From the NCBI GenBank assembly GCA_002633005.1, contig NMRA01000607.1:62001-126000 (forward strand): DNA of 64,000 nucleotides. Reading direction: 5' to 3'. The position numbers and the translations under genes were made by a program. The notes beneath the pieces were generated by a model. The model saw only the letters and a program-made list of their open reading frames with translations, did not search any database and had not been told where the DNA came from. Positions 41,002 through 52,121 of the stretch are shown piece by piece; positions within the stretch are counted from its first letter, which is position 1; every line of letters starts with the position of its first letter. Origin of the DNA: Phoronis australis. Taxonomy: Eukaryota > Animalia > Phoronida.

Positions 41002-44000
41002 CAAGTAGTACAATGCAAACAATGTGTGATATTATTCAAAGGCAAATTGCTTTATAAAGATTGGCACTGAACGTTTTAGCCAAGGCACTCAAATAGCAAA
41101 ACCAAAAAGCTGGTGGGGTCAGGGGGAGGTGTCGGTTGACGGATTCGTAACTCCCTCATTGTGTCATCACTTCGGGTTGAAGGAAATGCCCATTTCTTAT
41201 TATTTCATTTTCAAACAAACCGAAGAAAATGTTTCATGACATCTTTTAGTAAGTGAAACATACCGAAATGATCAAAAAGACTTCAGCATGGCAATCATCA
41301 AAAGCGTCTGCTGGCAGTTTCTCGTGAAAAATCGGTCCCTCACAAAGTCTCAATGTATTTCAAGGAGTTGGGCAAATTACGTTTTACAACCCCCTTAATT
41401 AAAACGTGTAGTTTTAACCCTTCACGGCACTGTTGTGAATTCAGTCAATCGTTTGCCGCCGTCACACTAGGTAACGTCAATTAGTTTTATTTTCGCGATT
41501 TTGATCTCTACTTGAAATTGTAGAAAAATTCCTTTCTAGCGGCTGAGCAGCGATGCAACAGTTATACAGGAGAAGAGAATTGTATCTCTGGCCACCAAAC
41601 CAGTGGATTTTTCTCATTCACGTGTTCAGAAAAAAAATGATTCAGACGCTCTTGCTATACATACACAGATCACTTGACTGAACTACCTGAAAACTGCCAC
41701 GAAACCAGGACAACCACAAGAATCAAGGGGAATGTAAATTGGCCGCAGCTACACTGACTGTACTCTGCCACCTTACAAGAATGGCGTAGCGAAATGGTGG
41801 TCACTGAGGCAATTTATTTGTGAGGCTGAAATGTTGAATTATGCTATAGAATTCACTGTTTTCGTTCAGGTAAAGATTACTTGCCGCGTACTGAGCCTTT
41901 GGTTTACGAAATGCCGTGGACCCGGTAGCCCCAGTTTCCCTATGACCATGCCAGGGGGGCCAAATTATTTCTCCTGCGTGGCTCGATATATCTTTACGCA
42001 TTAAATATTCGAAAAATACCATCGTTTTCAGGGGCGGAACCAGGATTTTGAGCTGGGGGGCAGGGCACAGGAATAACCACAATTTCGCCACATGCGCCTG
42101 CCCCGCCTAAAATGTAGGGATGCAGGGATCTCGAATATGAGTTTGTGGACCTCATTAAAAAAAAACGGTAAACGGGGTTTGTTCATGGTCTATGCATTGT
42201 GCATTCGCTCCCCCAAAAAGTATATGCGTGAATTTTAGGGGGAGGGGGGCATTTCCCACTCCTAAATCCGCCACTGGTTTTAAGTGACACATTTCTTGTA
42301 AAACAAATATTATCATGTTCTCAAGATATAACATTTTCGGCAAGAGGTGGCGCTGTGTGCTGCCTCTTTAGCGTATTGCAACTGAAGGTCACAAAGGTCA
42401 TTACTCTAACGTACAAAATGACAAGCTTTCCGGTTATGTGGTAATACAATACAAAAACATTGCAAGCATCAGCCAATACATGTTGTATCCTTAATGTTAT
42501 CAGTACCCATAATTAAGTACTTTATCCCATGACACACGCTGGTAAGTTTTGCCAATTTGAAGTACGTTCCAGTTGGGAACACATGCAGGCAGATAGATTT
42601 GATCCATTGTGTCCGCCCGTGTAAAGCTTTTCACAGTTCTTAAAGCTTGCATGGATTTGGTAAAATGTTGCTACCGCAGCCACTCAACAACTTCTTTAAA
42701 ATACAGAATGAACAAACTTGACTATTTTCACAAACTTTGCAGAAACATTTCAGTTTTGCGAACATATGTTTTATTATGACGTGTTTTATTTTTTTTTCTC
42801 TGTCCATAGCAGCATTTCCTGGTACCAGCAGTATATTTTTAACTACAGGTCCTCAATTGATGTTCCCAAGACCAAGTTTTCATTGTTTTCCATGCCAATT
42901 GTTGCCCTATCTTTATGTTCTCCTGCCCCAACGTTCCGTCGGCTCAAAAACCCTTGTCCCCGATAATTGAAATTTCCTATACCAAACCGGCTCTGGGCTA
43001 GCTGTTTCCATTAAAGTGCGGGTGACAATCCAAATTTTCTTTGTATTGGAAGGTTAGATTTTTTGTTACTGTCCTAGTACAAATTTCTAATGAACATGTA
43101 TTCTGACCGTGTATTTGTCTGCTTTTAAACAAAGGCATAGAAGCGATTGATTAATGGCGGATATTCAACTGTAACGCATGTTCTCCAATAATTAAACTAG
43201 TTATAAAACCATTGTTCAAGTGTAAAAGCAGATATGTGTAAAAGACAAAACGAAACAGAATTATCTGCCAACCGTTACTAATGTTCATAACTCTGCCAAG
43301 GGGGCACATCGAGACTATGCCCACCGCTCACTGCCAAAAAATGTTCCCCGGTCAATTTCAATTTTGTATTTGGACCTGTGTTCATGGAAAAGTGCATCCA
43401 GGTTGCCGCTTATTTCACCCCCTCAAATGTGTCGCAGTTTGTGTATACATGGACCCGTGATTTGCACACCAATAAATACAGCAGAGGGAATATCATGCTT
43501 AACACTCGTCGGAGGGACACCGAGCCGAGGGGACATTGTGGTGGAAGGACATTGAGAAAATATCATCAAGCAGGGGGACCATTGTCTGAGATGAGACAAA
43601 AAGTGGATGGAGATATAAGGACAACCTCTTTTTCATTTAGTGCTGGAAAATACATATTTGTTTATAACAAATTCGAATCACTATTCTGAGCCCACACATC
43701 CTAAAATTTGAGAGTGCTCCTTTGAAATGGTCAAAACCGTCAGTAAGTTTTTTCCTTGTGAATTTAAAGTTAAGATTTATTTTTGCTAAATTAAAAATGC
43801 TGGCAATTTACCAAGAAACGCTTTATAGATGTCGGATTGGTGTTAAAACGTTTTTAACAAAGAAAGCGCGTAAGATCTGGAATTACAATAGTGACTCTTT
43901 ATCACTTCCAGCTTGTGTACCTGTACGTAATTATATTTGCACTTTAATTTGAAAAATAAAAATATGCGTGACTAATACAACCGCTGGAATTATTATTTGG

Positions 44001-45514
44001 AAAACCAGACATTTAATATAATTGCTTTTCAATATGTTCTATTCCTTGTACAATTTGCACAATTAAGCCAAATTTAAAAGTCAAATTTCATGTAAATACA
44101 CGAGCTTAACCATGAGGACATTTTGTTTTTATGGAGTGCAATAGTTTGTGACATTAAAATACAACCCCCAATAAACAGTCACAAAAGTGCATTTACATGG
44201 TCGGCGCACCATAGGGGCTGGGGGGAGGGGGGTTGGGCTATAGCCCCCGATTTTATTCATTGCTGCGCTGCCCGTGGTTTATGGGCTGTACACCACAGGG
44301 TGCTGGAGGTCTATAGGAAAGCCGTGAAGGTGCAGAACGAAAAAGCATGGTGAAAGAAAACGGACTGTGCATTTAACGGGAGATAGGCATAGTCCACTTA
44401 TGCCGACCCGCGGATTCTTGATGCACCTGTGCAACACATTTTCGGAGCAACTCCGCGGGTCATCTTGTGGTCTTCACGAAGTTGGGTAATTAGTCATTTG
44501 TTTCAAGTTATTTTCGTTTACCATACAAAGATAATACATTTGTTTTTCATGTCGTCCAGATGTTATACCCCGGCTGTGATGTACACGACCAATAAAGTTA
44601 CCATATCAATCCGTTGTTAAGCGAATTAACCAACAAATAAGAACGTATTCAGACTGATCGGTGGACTTGTTTAACCCCGTGTAATCCTTTTATTATATCC
44701 TGCTGAGGTCGAAATTATTCAATAACAGTAGAACAATAACGAGTGGGGTGTAATTGGTTATGACTCTGATTTGAGGTTCGCGAACATTTAATCAGTTGAT
44801 CAAGCGCAAATCGTCAACACACATGCTTGCCTGCAAACGAGCAACTGCATTACGCGCGCGCCGCACGTGTCCTTTCCAAGCGTTGGAAAGGAGTGGCCAA
44901 CGTGTTGAGAAACGGTGCATGTTTATGCCAAGAAAAGATTAAAGGAAAAGTCTAAGATAACAGGAAATGGAAGATCAACATTTGTACGTCACGTGATCCC
45001 TCTAGGACACCTGTGCTAATGTAGGCTACACATGACGGTTATGATTCCAACTGAAACATATAAAATGCCGCTTTATAATTAAATTTTTAACTAGTTACAG
45101 GCCCGGGTGGCGATTGCCCCTTTATTATTGGCCTGGATAATATATTTTGCGGACGACTTAGGCCCCCATATATAATAACAAAAACAGATCAAAGGAAACG
45201 GACCAAAATTTAGTAGCAGATTTAAGTCACCAATCAATGATGAAATCTAAATACATGTAGACTCCTTCGTTGTTTAGCAATGCTGCATTCTCCAGTAAGC
45301 TACAATTTCGGGGGTGTGCGAAATAGAGATTCCATCTCTTCCCGCACTGAACTTATGTAGGGTGCGACCCAATGTGGCTAGGGAATATCCTTAGGTAAAA
45401 AAATTAGAGGAAAGATTCCGAAAATTGTGACGATAGAGGGACCAGCAGCTCTTGTGGCTTGATGACTCCGAGGAACTCTGATCAGTAGTCACGACTACTT
45501 GGCAAGTTCAGTTA

Positions 45515-46387
45515 CAGGGTGTTCCATCGAAACAGGGACCCCGGTAAAAACAGATATCCTGGAGTCGAAAAAAAGACTCCCTCAGCTTTAAAACACCTAA
45601 CCATCCCGAAAAGCTCGAACCCTGACCTTTAAAACAGGAACCCCAGGGATCGGCGGGACACCCGGGGACCGAAACACCACTCACGTTATTTTCGTTAAGC
45701 ATTGTTTGAAGAAAAATAAATCTTCCTACTTAAACTAGTTGTTGTGATATGTTGTTTTATTATCTGAGAATTTAGGGATTGGCGTGCTACCTTATTCTGC
45801 TGGTAAAGTTGTGTTGCGTTCATTTGCTTCTGCTTTCGGCGCCATGACAGATTGCGCCTGCTATTGGCCAGTTCCTTTCTCTCATCAACTGTTCGTCTTC
45901 CACGAGGTTGCGTACGAGTCATAAATTGACACTCGAAAGCCGAAATAATAATTTTGCTTATCTTTTTCGAAAATATCGTTGGAGAAACTACTGAATCTGA
46001 AATAACTAAATATTCACCGAGATAACAAGTCAACGTGTTGAGAGCGTCATGTACTAGATAATGTTGAAATTCGCCGGAAGACAAGCTGCACAAGTTTTAC
46101 CGATAAAAATCAAATAACAAAGCCAATATAATATAAGTTACGTTTTATTATTGACAACTTTTAAAAAGCAAATGCAGAAAACAACTGGAAAGTACTTGAA
46201 GATGCTTTAATTGAAAGTTTAAGTCTACTGACAACGGGTAGCAGAAAATTTGAAAAATTGTCCAGGTTTCCTATTCCATCTCCGGGGTTCCTGTTTTAAG
46301 GGTCAGGGTTCGTGTTTTTCGAGCTGGTTAGCTGATGGTCTGTTTTCGACTCCGGTATATCTGTTTTACACCGGATGGAACACCCTG
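45515..46387. mobile_element. Non-autonomous DNA transposon with ~130-bp imperfect TIRs
   Basis: CAGGGTGTTCCATC ... GATGGAACACCCTG; the inner arms also match (CGAACCCTGACC-TTAAAACAGGAACCCC). No clean TSD, so the superfamily is not assigned. Confidence 0.8.
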
Positions 46388-46796
46388 ATTAAACTTAACA
46401 GCAGTGTGGCCGAGAGAAGCCTCAGTACAAAAGTTTCTCGTTGCGCCACCTATTGACAAGTCCAAATTAAAGTTTGCATTTGATTAATACGAGATAAAAA
46501 TTTGGGACAATAACCGTCAAAATATTCAATTCAATTGCAATTATATTTTTGGTTGGCAAATAACATTGTCAAATGTGGGAAATCGGCTCCTAGTTTGCAT
46601 TTGCAGTCGTGAATAAAAACTAAATAAAAACGCAAATGTCTCAAAAAACAAGAAAACCCTAACCGAAACTGATTAAACAAAAATTCAGCGTGCAAATTAT
46701 ATTCATGCGTACAACAATCATTTACTTGTGAAAACATTCCATAATAAAAACGCCGTCAACGACCAGACAGGTCAACTACTTCGTAACAGGAAGCAA

Positions 46797-46867
46797 GCAC
46801 TGGTGGTTCATTGGTAGAATTCTCGCCTGCCACGCGGGAGGCCCGGGTTCGATTCCCGGCTAGTGCA
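46797..46867 (+). tRNA. tRNA-Gly (GCC), copy 1, G15>T variant
   Basis: 71-nt GCACTGGTGGTTCATTGGTAGAATTCTCGCCTGCCACGCGGGAGGCCCGGGTTCGATTCCCGGCTAGTGCA; anticodon GCC; B box intact; oligo-T terminator just downstream. Confidence 0.93.
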
Positions 46868-47013
46868 ACGAGGCTTTTTTTGTTAAATTTGACAAAAGCT
46901 CAGTGCTCAAATTATATTCATGGGTACAACCATAATTTACTTGTGATGAAGACGCTCCATAATAAAAACGCCGTCAACTACAACACAGGTCAAGTGCGGC
47001 TTAGCTTACACAA

Positions 47014-47084
47014 GCACTGGTGGTTCAGTGGTAGAATTCTCGCCTGCCACGCGGGAGGCCCGGGTTCGATTCCCGGCTAGTGCA
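47014..47084 (+). tRNA. tRNA-Gly (GCC), copy 2
   Basis: Canonical eukaryotic tRNA-Gly(GCC) sequence with intact A and B boxes; TTTTTT terminator at ~47092. Confidence 0.97.
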
Positions 47085-47962
47085 ACTATGCTTTTTTAAA
47101 TTTGAATCAAACAAAAGGAACAGGAGAGCACAAAAATATTGTTACACTTCACTATTGCAATTTATGGAGATAACGATGCATTACACAGAAAAATGATTTC
47201 AAATTTGCGTTCAGGATTTGCAATCAAAAGTAACACAAACCCTGAATGCACAAAAAACCAAGTTCAGTATCGGAGAATATTTGAAACTCATAAAACTATA
47301 CTATTTTAAAACATCACAGGCGATCAACCAAAGCTTAGAGCAAATTATAGCACAGTGCGAATGGGTCAATGTGAGGTTGCCACTGGTCTGGGTCAATAAA
47401 GCCCTTGCTTACACCCTGTCTGAAAACCCCTGGATAAGGCATAACTTTCAAAAAATACTTCCTAGAGTTGACGATAAAAATTCAACAAAGCCATGTCTCT
47501 ACCTTACTAAGTCTATTCAGAAAGAATCGAGACGCTAACAATTGACGAAAAGGTTGCGATTTTGGCCTATTTGTACATAAAATCACGAACCCATGACTGT
47601 GCCCAGATACAAGATAGGAGACAAGAATCCGAACGGTCTTGCACTCTCGAATACAGAAACTTAGCATAAAATAATGTCATTACCCAGTGGTGGACTTATC
47701 GGAGTGCCAAGTTGCCATGGCCCCCTTAAAATTGTCGGTAAAACGTACCGTCCCAAGCCAAGCGGTGGGATCAACTGTTACTGTTGTTTGACCTACTTAA
47801 ATGTAGGTCAACAGTTCATTGTTATACACATAGTCTGTACACATCACGTGCCGGGAGATACAAAACCAAGTAAAAATCGTAAGACATGACGAATGCTTAA
47901 TTTACACTGCTCCTTTATTATAATTGGTTTTAATACTAAAGTAGTGGTAACATCAGTACAAG

Positions 47963-48538
47963 TTAATATGTGCGAATGGTTGTCATGGTTGGATATCTTG
48001 GCACGGCCCTATAAGGACTATAATGTCCATGATAAGGACTAGCAAGGGGAGTGGGTGTCTGTCTTCTGAAACACATGAACACGCAACCGATAACACAACA
48101 GAAGAAAACAATGCCGATCACGATCAAGCCAATCACAAGGCCCCATGCCAACGGGCCCGGGTCAGTGTTTTTCTTTTCGCGGCCAGGTACTGAAACATAT
48201 ATGTCACTCCTCCGTTTACGATAAAATAACACCTCCCTCCCGCCTTTTGTGTGATTCCGATTCATTTTGAAGAGAGAGTCGATTTTAGCGATAGTGATGA
48301 TGTCAAGGCTTGTACTCATCTCCGAATTACGAGGCCCTGTCTTCAAGGCATTAAAGGTGCTGCGAAGAGATTTCGTTTGTTGCTCAAGACGTAAACCGCT
48401 GTTAACACCCCTAGTGGTGTTGCGCGCCATCAAAGTGTTCTCGACATTTCCTTGGTTACCCTTGTCACCTGCTGATGCCCCAGAAGAAACAAAAACTAAC
48501 GTCAATAAGGTAAATTCCAGAGTTATGCGGCGACTCAT
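47963..48538 (-). CDS. Intronless type I membrane protein of unknown family (gene TM-1, 191 aa; alternative ATG at 48574)
   Basis: Signal peptide MSRRITLEFTLLTLVFVSSGASA, N-glycosylation sequons, RKRR furin site, TM LAWGLVIGLIVIGIVFF followed by CCVIGCVFMC, Pro/Tyr-rich tail. AATAAA on the minus strand 44 nt after the stop (47914-47919). Confidence 0.75.
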   Translation of the reverse strand: MSRRITLEFTLLTLVFVSSGASAGDKGNQGNVENTLMARNTTRGVNSGLRLEQQTKSLRSTFNALKTGPRNSEMSTSLDIITIAKIDSLFKMNRNHTKGGREVLFYRKRRSDIYVSVPGREKKNTDPGPLAWGLVIGLIVIGIVFFCCVIGCVFMCFRRQTPTPLASPYHGHYSPYRAVPRYPTMTTIRTY

Positions 48539-48609
48539 TTTGAAATCAGCCTTCAGTAAACACCTCTTTGGCATTTTGCAAAACAACTTATTTTATATGT
48601 AACAATTAT

Positions 48610-48617
48610 TGACGTCA
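48610..48617. promoter_or_regulatory. CRE palindrome TGACGTCA upstream of TM-1
   Basis: Perfect 8-mer about 70 nt upstream of ATG 48538, next to ATTGG (CCAAT) and TTTCCGG (ETS-like). Confidence 0.55.
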
Positions 48618-49167
48618 ACGGAGTATTCTATTGGCTGTTTCCGGTTTTGTGCAGTGAGCACGTTGGAACTGAATAGCTTAATAATTTTGGCATGCTTTTG
48701 TGTGAATTAGCAAAATGTAGTCAATTTTGGCCTACAGTGCACAACTGCAAGAGAATCAAGTTAAGCAAAGTTTTCAGTTGTAAAGGATCCCTGACCCTGC
48801 AGGCCTACGATTGTAAAAGTAACGCATAAGTCGTAGTTACCTTCCATTGCATTGCTTAGACTGGATCTTGGCAATAAGACAAACGCATGTGAGCCCCTAT
48901 GTGGCGATACATGGTTAGCGATAATACTCGTCGTTCTGTGCACAATGCAGCCGGTTATGACAGGTTAGGTACACTGTACTATACTGGACCATGGCCATAT
49001 CGTCACTCCGTTCATTTAACCAAATATCTAAATTTAAATCTACCATCATTGCGCAAGAAGTCAAAGGTAACCATGACGACGGCATAATTTGTTCGCTCTA
49101 AACCAAACAAGGCTAGGTGCGGCGACCCCACCATTAACGAGATAAGGCCGAATTTATACCCCCTTAA

Positions 49168-50490
49168 AGGCGAAGGCAAACCTTTTTTCATGTCACTTCT
49201 AGCAAAAATAAGGTTCGTTGATTATCCCAGACATAATTTTCACTTATTAACTGCTTTTCGTAATTTAATTAATTACTCGTCGTCTTCTCCGGAAGTGACG
49301 TTTTGGGAGGCAAGAATTTCGCGCCAATTTCTTTTCATATAGTCTGACTGTGAGAGCAGTCTAGTCAGTCATTGTTCTACCTCAGTTGGGATAAGTTCGG
49401 TCGTCGTTGGCTTTTGCTTACGAGTCAGTCAACATGCCACGTTGTTGCTGCGTACTGAGGTGTACTAATTATCGTCTCACGTACAGAGGAAGACCTGTCA
49501 CACTTGCCCGAGTGTCCCGCGACACATACCCACTGGAGGGTGATCTGAACACCCAAACTGATTACATCCCAGCGTGTGACTCCCTCGCTACACACCTGGC
49601 ACCTTCTAAATGGCTCCAATACAAGTCCACAATAAACTTATCAAACTTAGGCTCACCGATCTGTTCATTGGATGACGACCTGTCCTCTTCACTGGGTGTC
49701 GAACTAGGCCTGCATTCACTCCCACTGCTCAACATCGCTACAGGGCTGCTTACAGGCTCTGGGCTAGAGACAACAGCACAGGACGAATCACTGCTAGTTC
49801 CCCGAATTGCACGCAATGGGGGTACGTTCGGAGGCAAAGGTGACAGTAGATGAAGTGCCTCCAGTCACTGTATATAGTGGCCACAGCTCGCGAGGCTTCC
49901 CGCTTCAAAAACGCACTTCTCGGGGTTAGCGACGGGGCACTGCCGGGCATCAACAGCGACTGTATGGTACCCTTCTTCAGGCGTTGTTTCGCAGGGACCT
50001 TCATCAATTCAGCGTACATATCTCTGTCGTAATCTGAAAATGCTTGCCACACACTCGGTAACCCTCCACTGCTTTGTACGTTGCGTGGACGGGTAGCGCT
50101 GCGTTCTCCACATGAACGAGCTAGCCAAGTACGGCGAAGTCTATCATCCTTCGGAAAGCGACGCAAGGTACCCAAAGCGCGTGAGACGATAATGAATACA
50201 TCCCGGCACGCAGCAATAGTGTGGCATGTTGACTGACTCGTAAACAAAAGCATACGACGACCGAATTCATCACATCCGAGGTAGAACAATGACTGACTCA
50301 ACAGCTCTCACAGTCAAACTATAATGAAAAGAAATTGGCGAAACTTGCCTCCCAAAACGTCACTTCCGGAGTAGAGGACGAGAAATTAATCGAATTACGA
50401 AAAGCTGTAATTAAGTGAAAAATGCTTATGGGATAATCAACGAACCTTGTTTTTGCTAAAAGTGACATGAAAAAAAGGTTACCTTCGCCT
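49168..50490. mobile_element. Kolobok-like DNA transposon relic, fold-back, with a degraded THAP domain
   Basis: TTAA|AGGCGAAGG ... CCTTCGCCT|TTAA; ~310-bp inverted arms (49168-49481 and 50180-50490). The minus strand encodes a frameshifted THAP: MPHYCCVPGC / RRFPKDDRLRRTW / YRVCGKHF / RLKKGTIQSL. A TTAA TSD, RR termini and THAP are established Kolobok features. Confidence 0.8.
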
Positions 50491-51201
50491 TTAAAAAGTG
50501 CCCATCTGAGGTGCCAAGTTTCTCCACAAAGCAGTTTACTTCCAGAAGGCATTGTGCTCATTCCGTGATGTTCACTCTTCACACTAATGTAACTCCTTGT
50601 ATACTTGGACATTTTTTTCATTTAAAGTTGCTGAAACGTATTTCGCTTAGACTGATGCAAAAAACACCTTTGTCGCGTCTGTTCAGTGCAAATATAAAAT
50701 TCAACATCGGACAGCCACAAACAAATTCGACATCTGAGACGCATACATGTGTTATTTGTCTCCCGCTGAACGATCGGGCATCAGACAAGATGTTGATCTT
50801 CCCGACCGTAGTGAGTAAACTTGGCACTGCACCTTAGCATAATTAAAAACTTACGGATACATGTTCACATTTAAGCCCCTAAAATCCATCCCATAATAAT
50901 CATGTCCATGGTAAGACTTAATTTGCACAACAACAAAATATCTAAACCGTCAGAGTCTATACGGTTTGGCTAACTCTCAAATTGCGAATTTGAAAATGCC
51001 GCCGGCTCATTCGGAAACAATTCGGTGTGAGAGGTAATGTTTCTTACTAGTCCCAAAGCGCCACGGTTAAGAATTCAAGATTGACAGCTGCACAGAGTTG
51101 AAATCCCTATCAAGCGTAACACGTGCAACACGCTAAGGCGCTGTAGAAAAAGACACGAATTTTCAGTATTACAAATTCCTTTGTTAGGGGTTGCCACGAT
51201 T

Positions 51202-51765
51202 CTACTCACAAGCGCACCTAGCGGCAAAACAACAAACGCAAACAAAACATATGGCCCCTGCTATTATGATCCCGATCATAAAATCAAAAGCAATTTGGCC
51301 CGGCGACTTGACCACACCCGTCTCTACGTCGTGGTCACCATCCGCCGTATAAATCAGTTCTCTCTTCCTTCTGACAGAAACCAGCCTGTCTGTATCACGC
51401 GAATCCATTCGGTAAGATAATCTCCGACCATAACTGGATCTGCGTAGAAAGGTGTGCCAAGCAGAACGGTTGCTCCCCGCCTTCTCTTGCCAATTCGTGG
51501 GTTGCGTGCTCTCGCGAGGTATTCCCGTTGCGTTTTCTAATTGGACCTTGCTATGGCCCAAAGAGTTAAACGAAATTATTTTTGGTTGCTGAGAAGAGAG
51601 GCTCTGATGCCTTGTGCTTTCGACTGTTGTATTGCGTAGGAATACGGAAGACACTTGAGGAGGCGCCACAGGTCCTGAATGCGCTCGGTATTTAGTCAGA
51701 TGCGACAGTGTTATAATACAGATTGTGACAAAAATACTGCAAAATTGTTTCCTCTGCATCTTCAT
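51202..51765 (-). CDS. Intronless type I membrane protein of unknown family (gene TM-2, 187 aa), paralogue of TM-1
   Basis: N-terminal hydrophobic segment (FCSIFVTICIITLS), RNTT sequon, RRKR furin site, TM PGQIAFDFMIGIIIAGAICFVCVCC that aligns with TM-1, Cys-rich C-terminus. Confidence 0.75.
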   Translation of the reverse strand: MKMQRKQFCSIFVTICIITLSHLTKYRAHSGPVAPPQVSSVFLRNTTVESTRHQSLSSQQPKIISFNSLGHSKVQLENATGIPRESTQPTNWQEKAGSNRSAWHTFLRRSSYGRRLSYRMDSRDTDRLVSVRRKRELIYTADGDHDVETGVVKSPGQIAFDFMIGIIIAGAICFVCVCCFAARCACE

Positions 51766-51861
51766 ACTTCGAGTAAATGCGATTTGGGAATGCTACCAAA
51801 AATCGAAAATGCGAACTGGTCCCATTTCACCAAAACGGATTAAATTGTCGTCAACAACGAG

Positions 51862-52055
51862 TGACGTCATTGAAGACGAACCACTTTTTGTCACAATCAT
51901 GATAAACCAGCTAATAAATCACATACAAACTCAAATTCCACAACTTTAAGTGTATAACCATTTTAAGATAACTTTCAACTGTTAAAAGTTACGACCAAAT
52001 TAGTCAGGAGTTCAAAAATATCACTTTCTTAAGTTGGATGGATTTGATGACGTCA
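51862..52055. promoter_or_regulatory. Candidate bidirectional promoter with two CRE palindromes (51862-51869, 52048-52055)
   Basis: 356-bp gap between divergent ATGs 51765(-) and 52122(+); two perfect TGACGTCA plus a TGACG half-site at ~52064. Confidence 0.55.
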
Positions 52056-52121
52056 CACTTGAGTGACGCCTTGGATATTAAATTAGGATAAAGCACACTG
52101 CAAATCGTCTTGACTTGTGTT

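Noticed and set aside
46811-47080. 89-aa ORF MVEFSPATREARVRFP
   Set aside because: Translation of the two tRNA genes.
49750-50301. 183-aa ORF as an intact or domesticated THAP gene
   Set aside because: The zinc ligands (CCVPGC, CGKH) fall in frames other than the FPKD..W segment, so it is a frameshifted relic.
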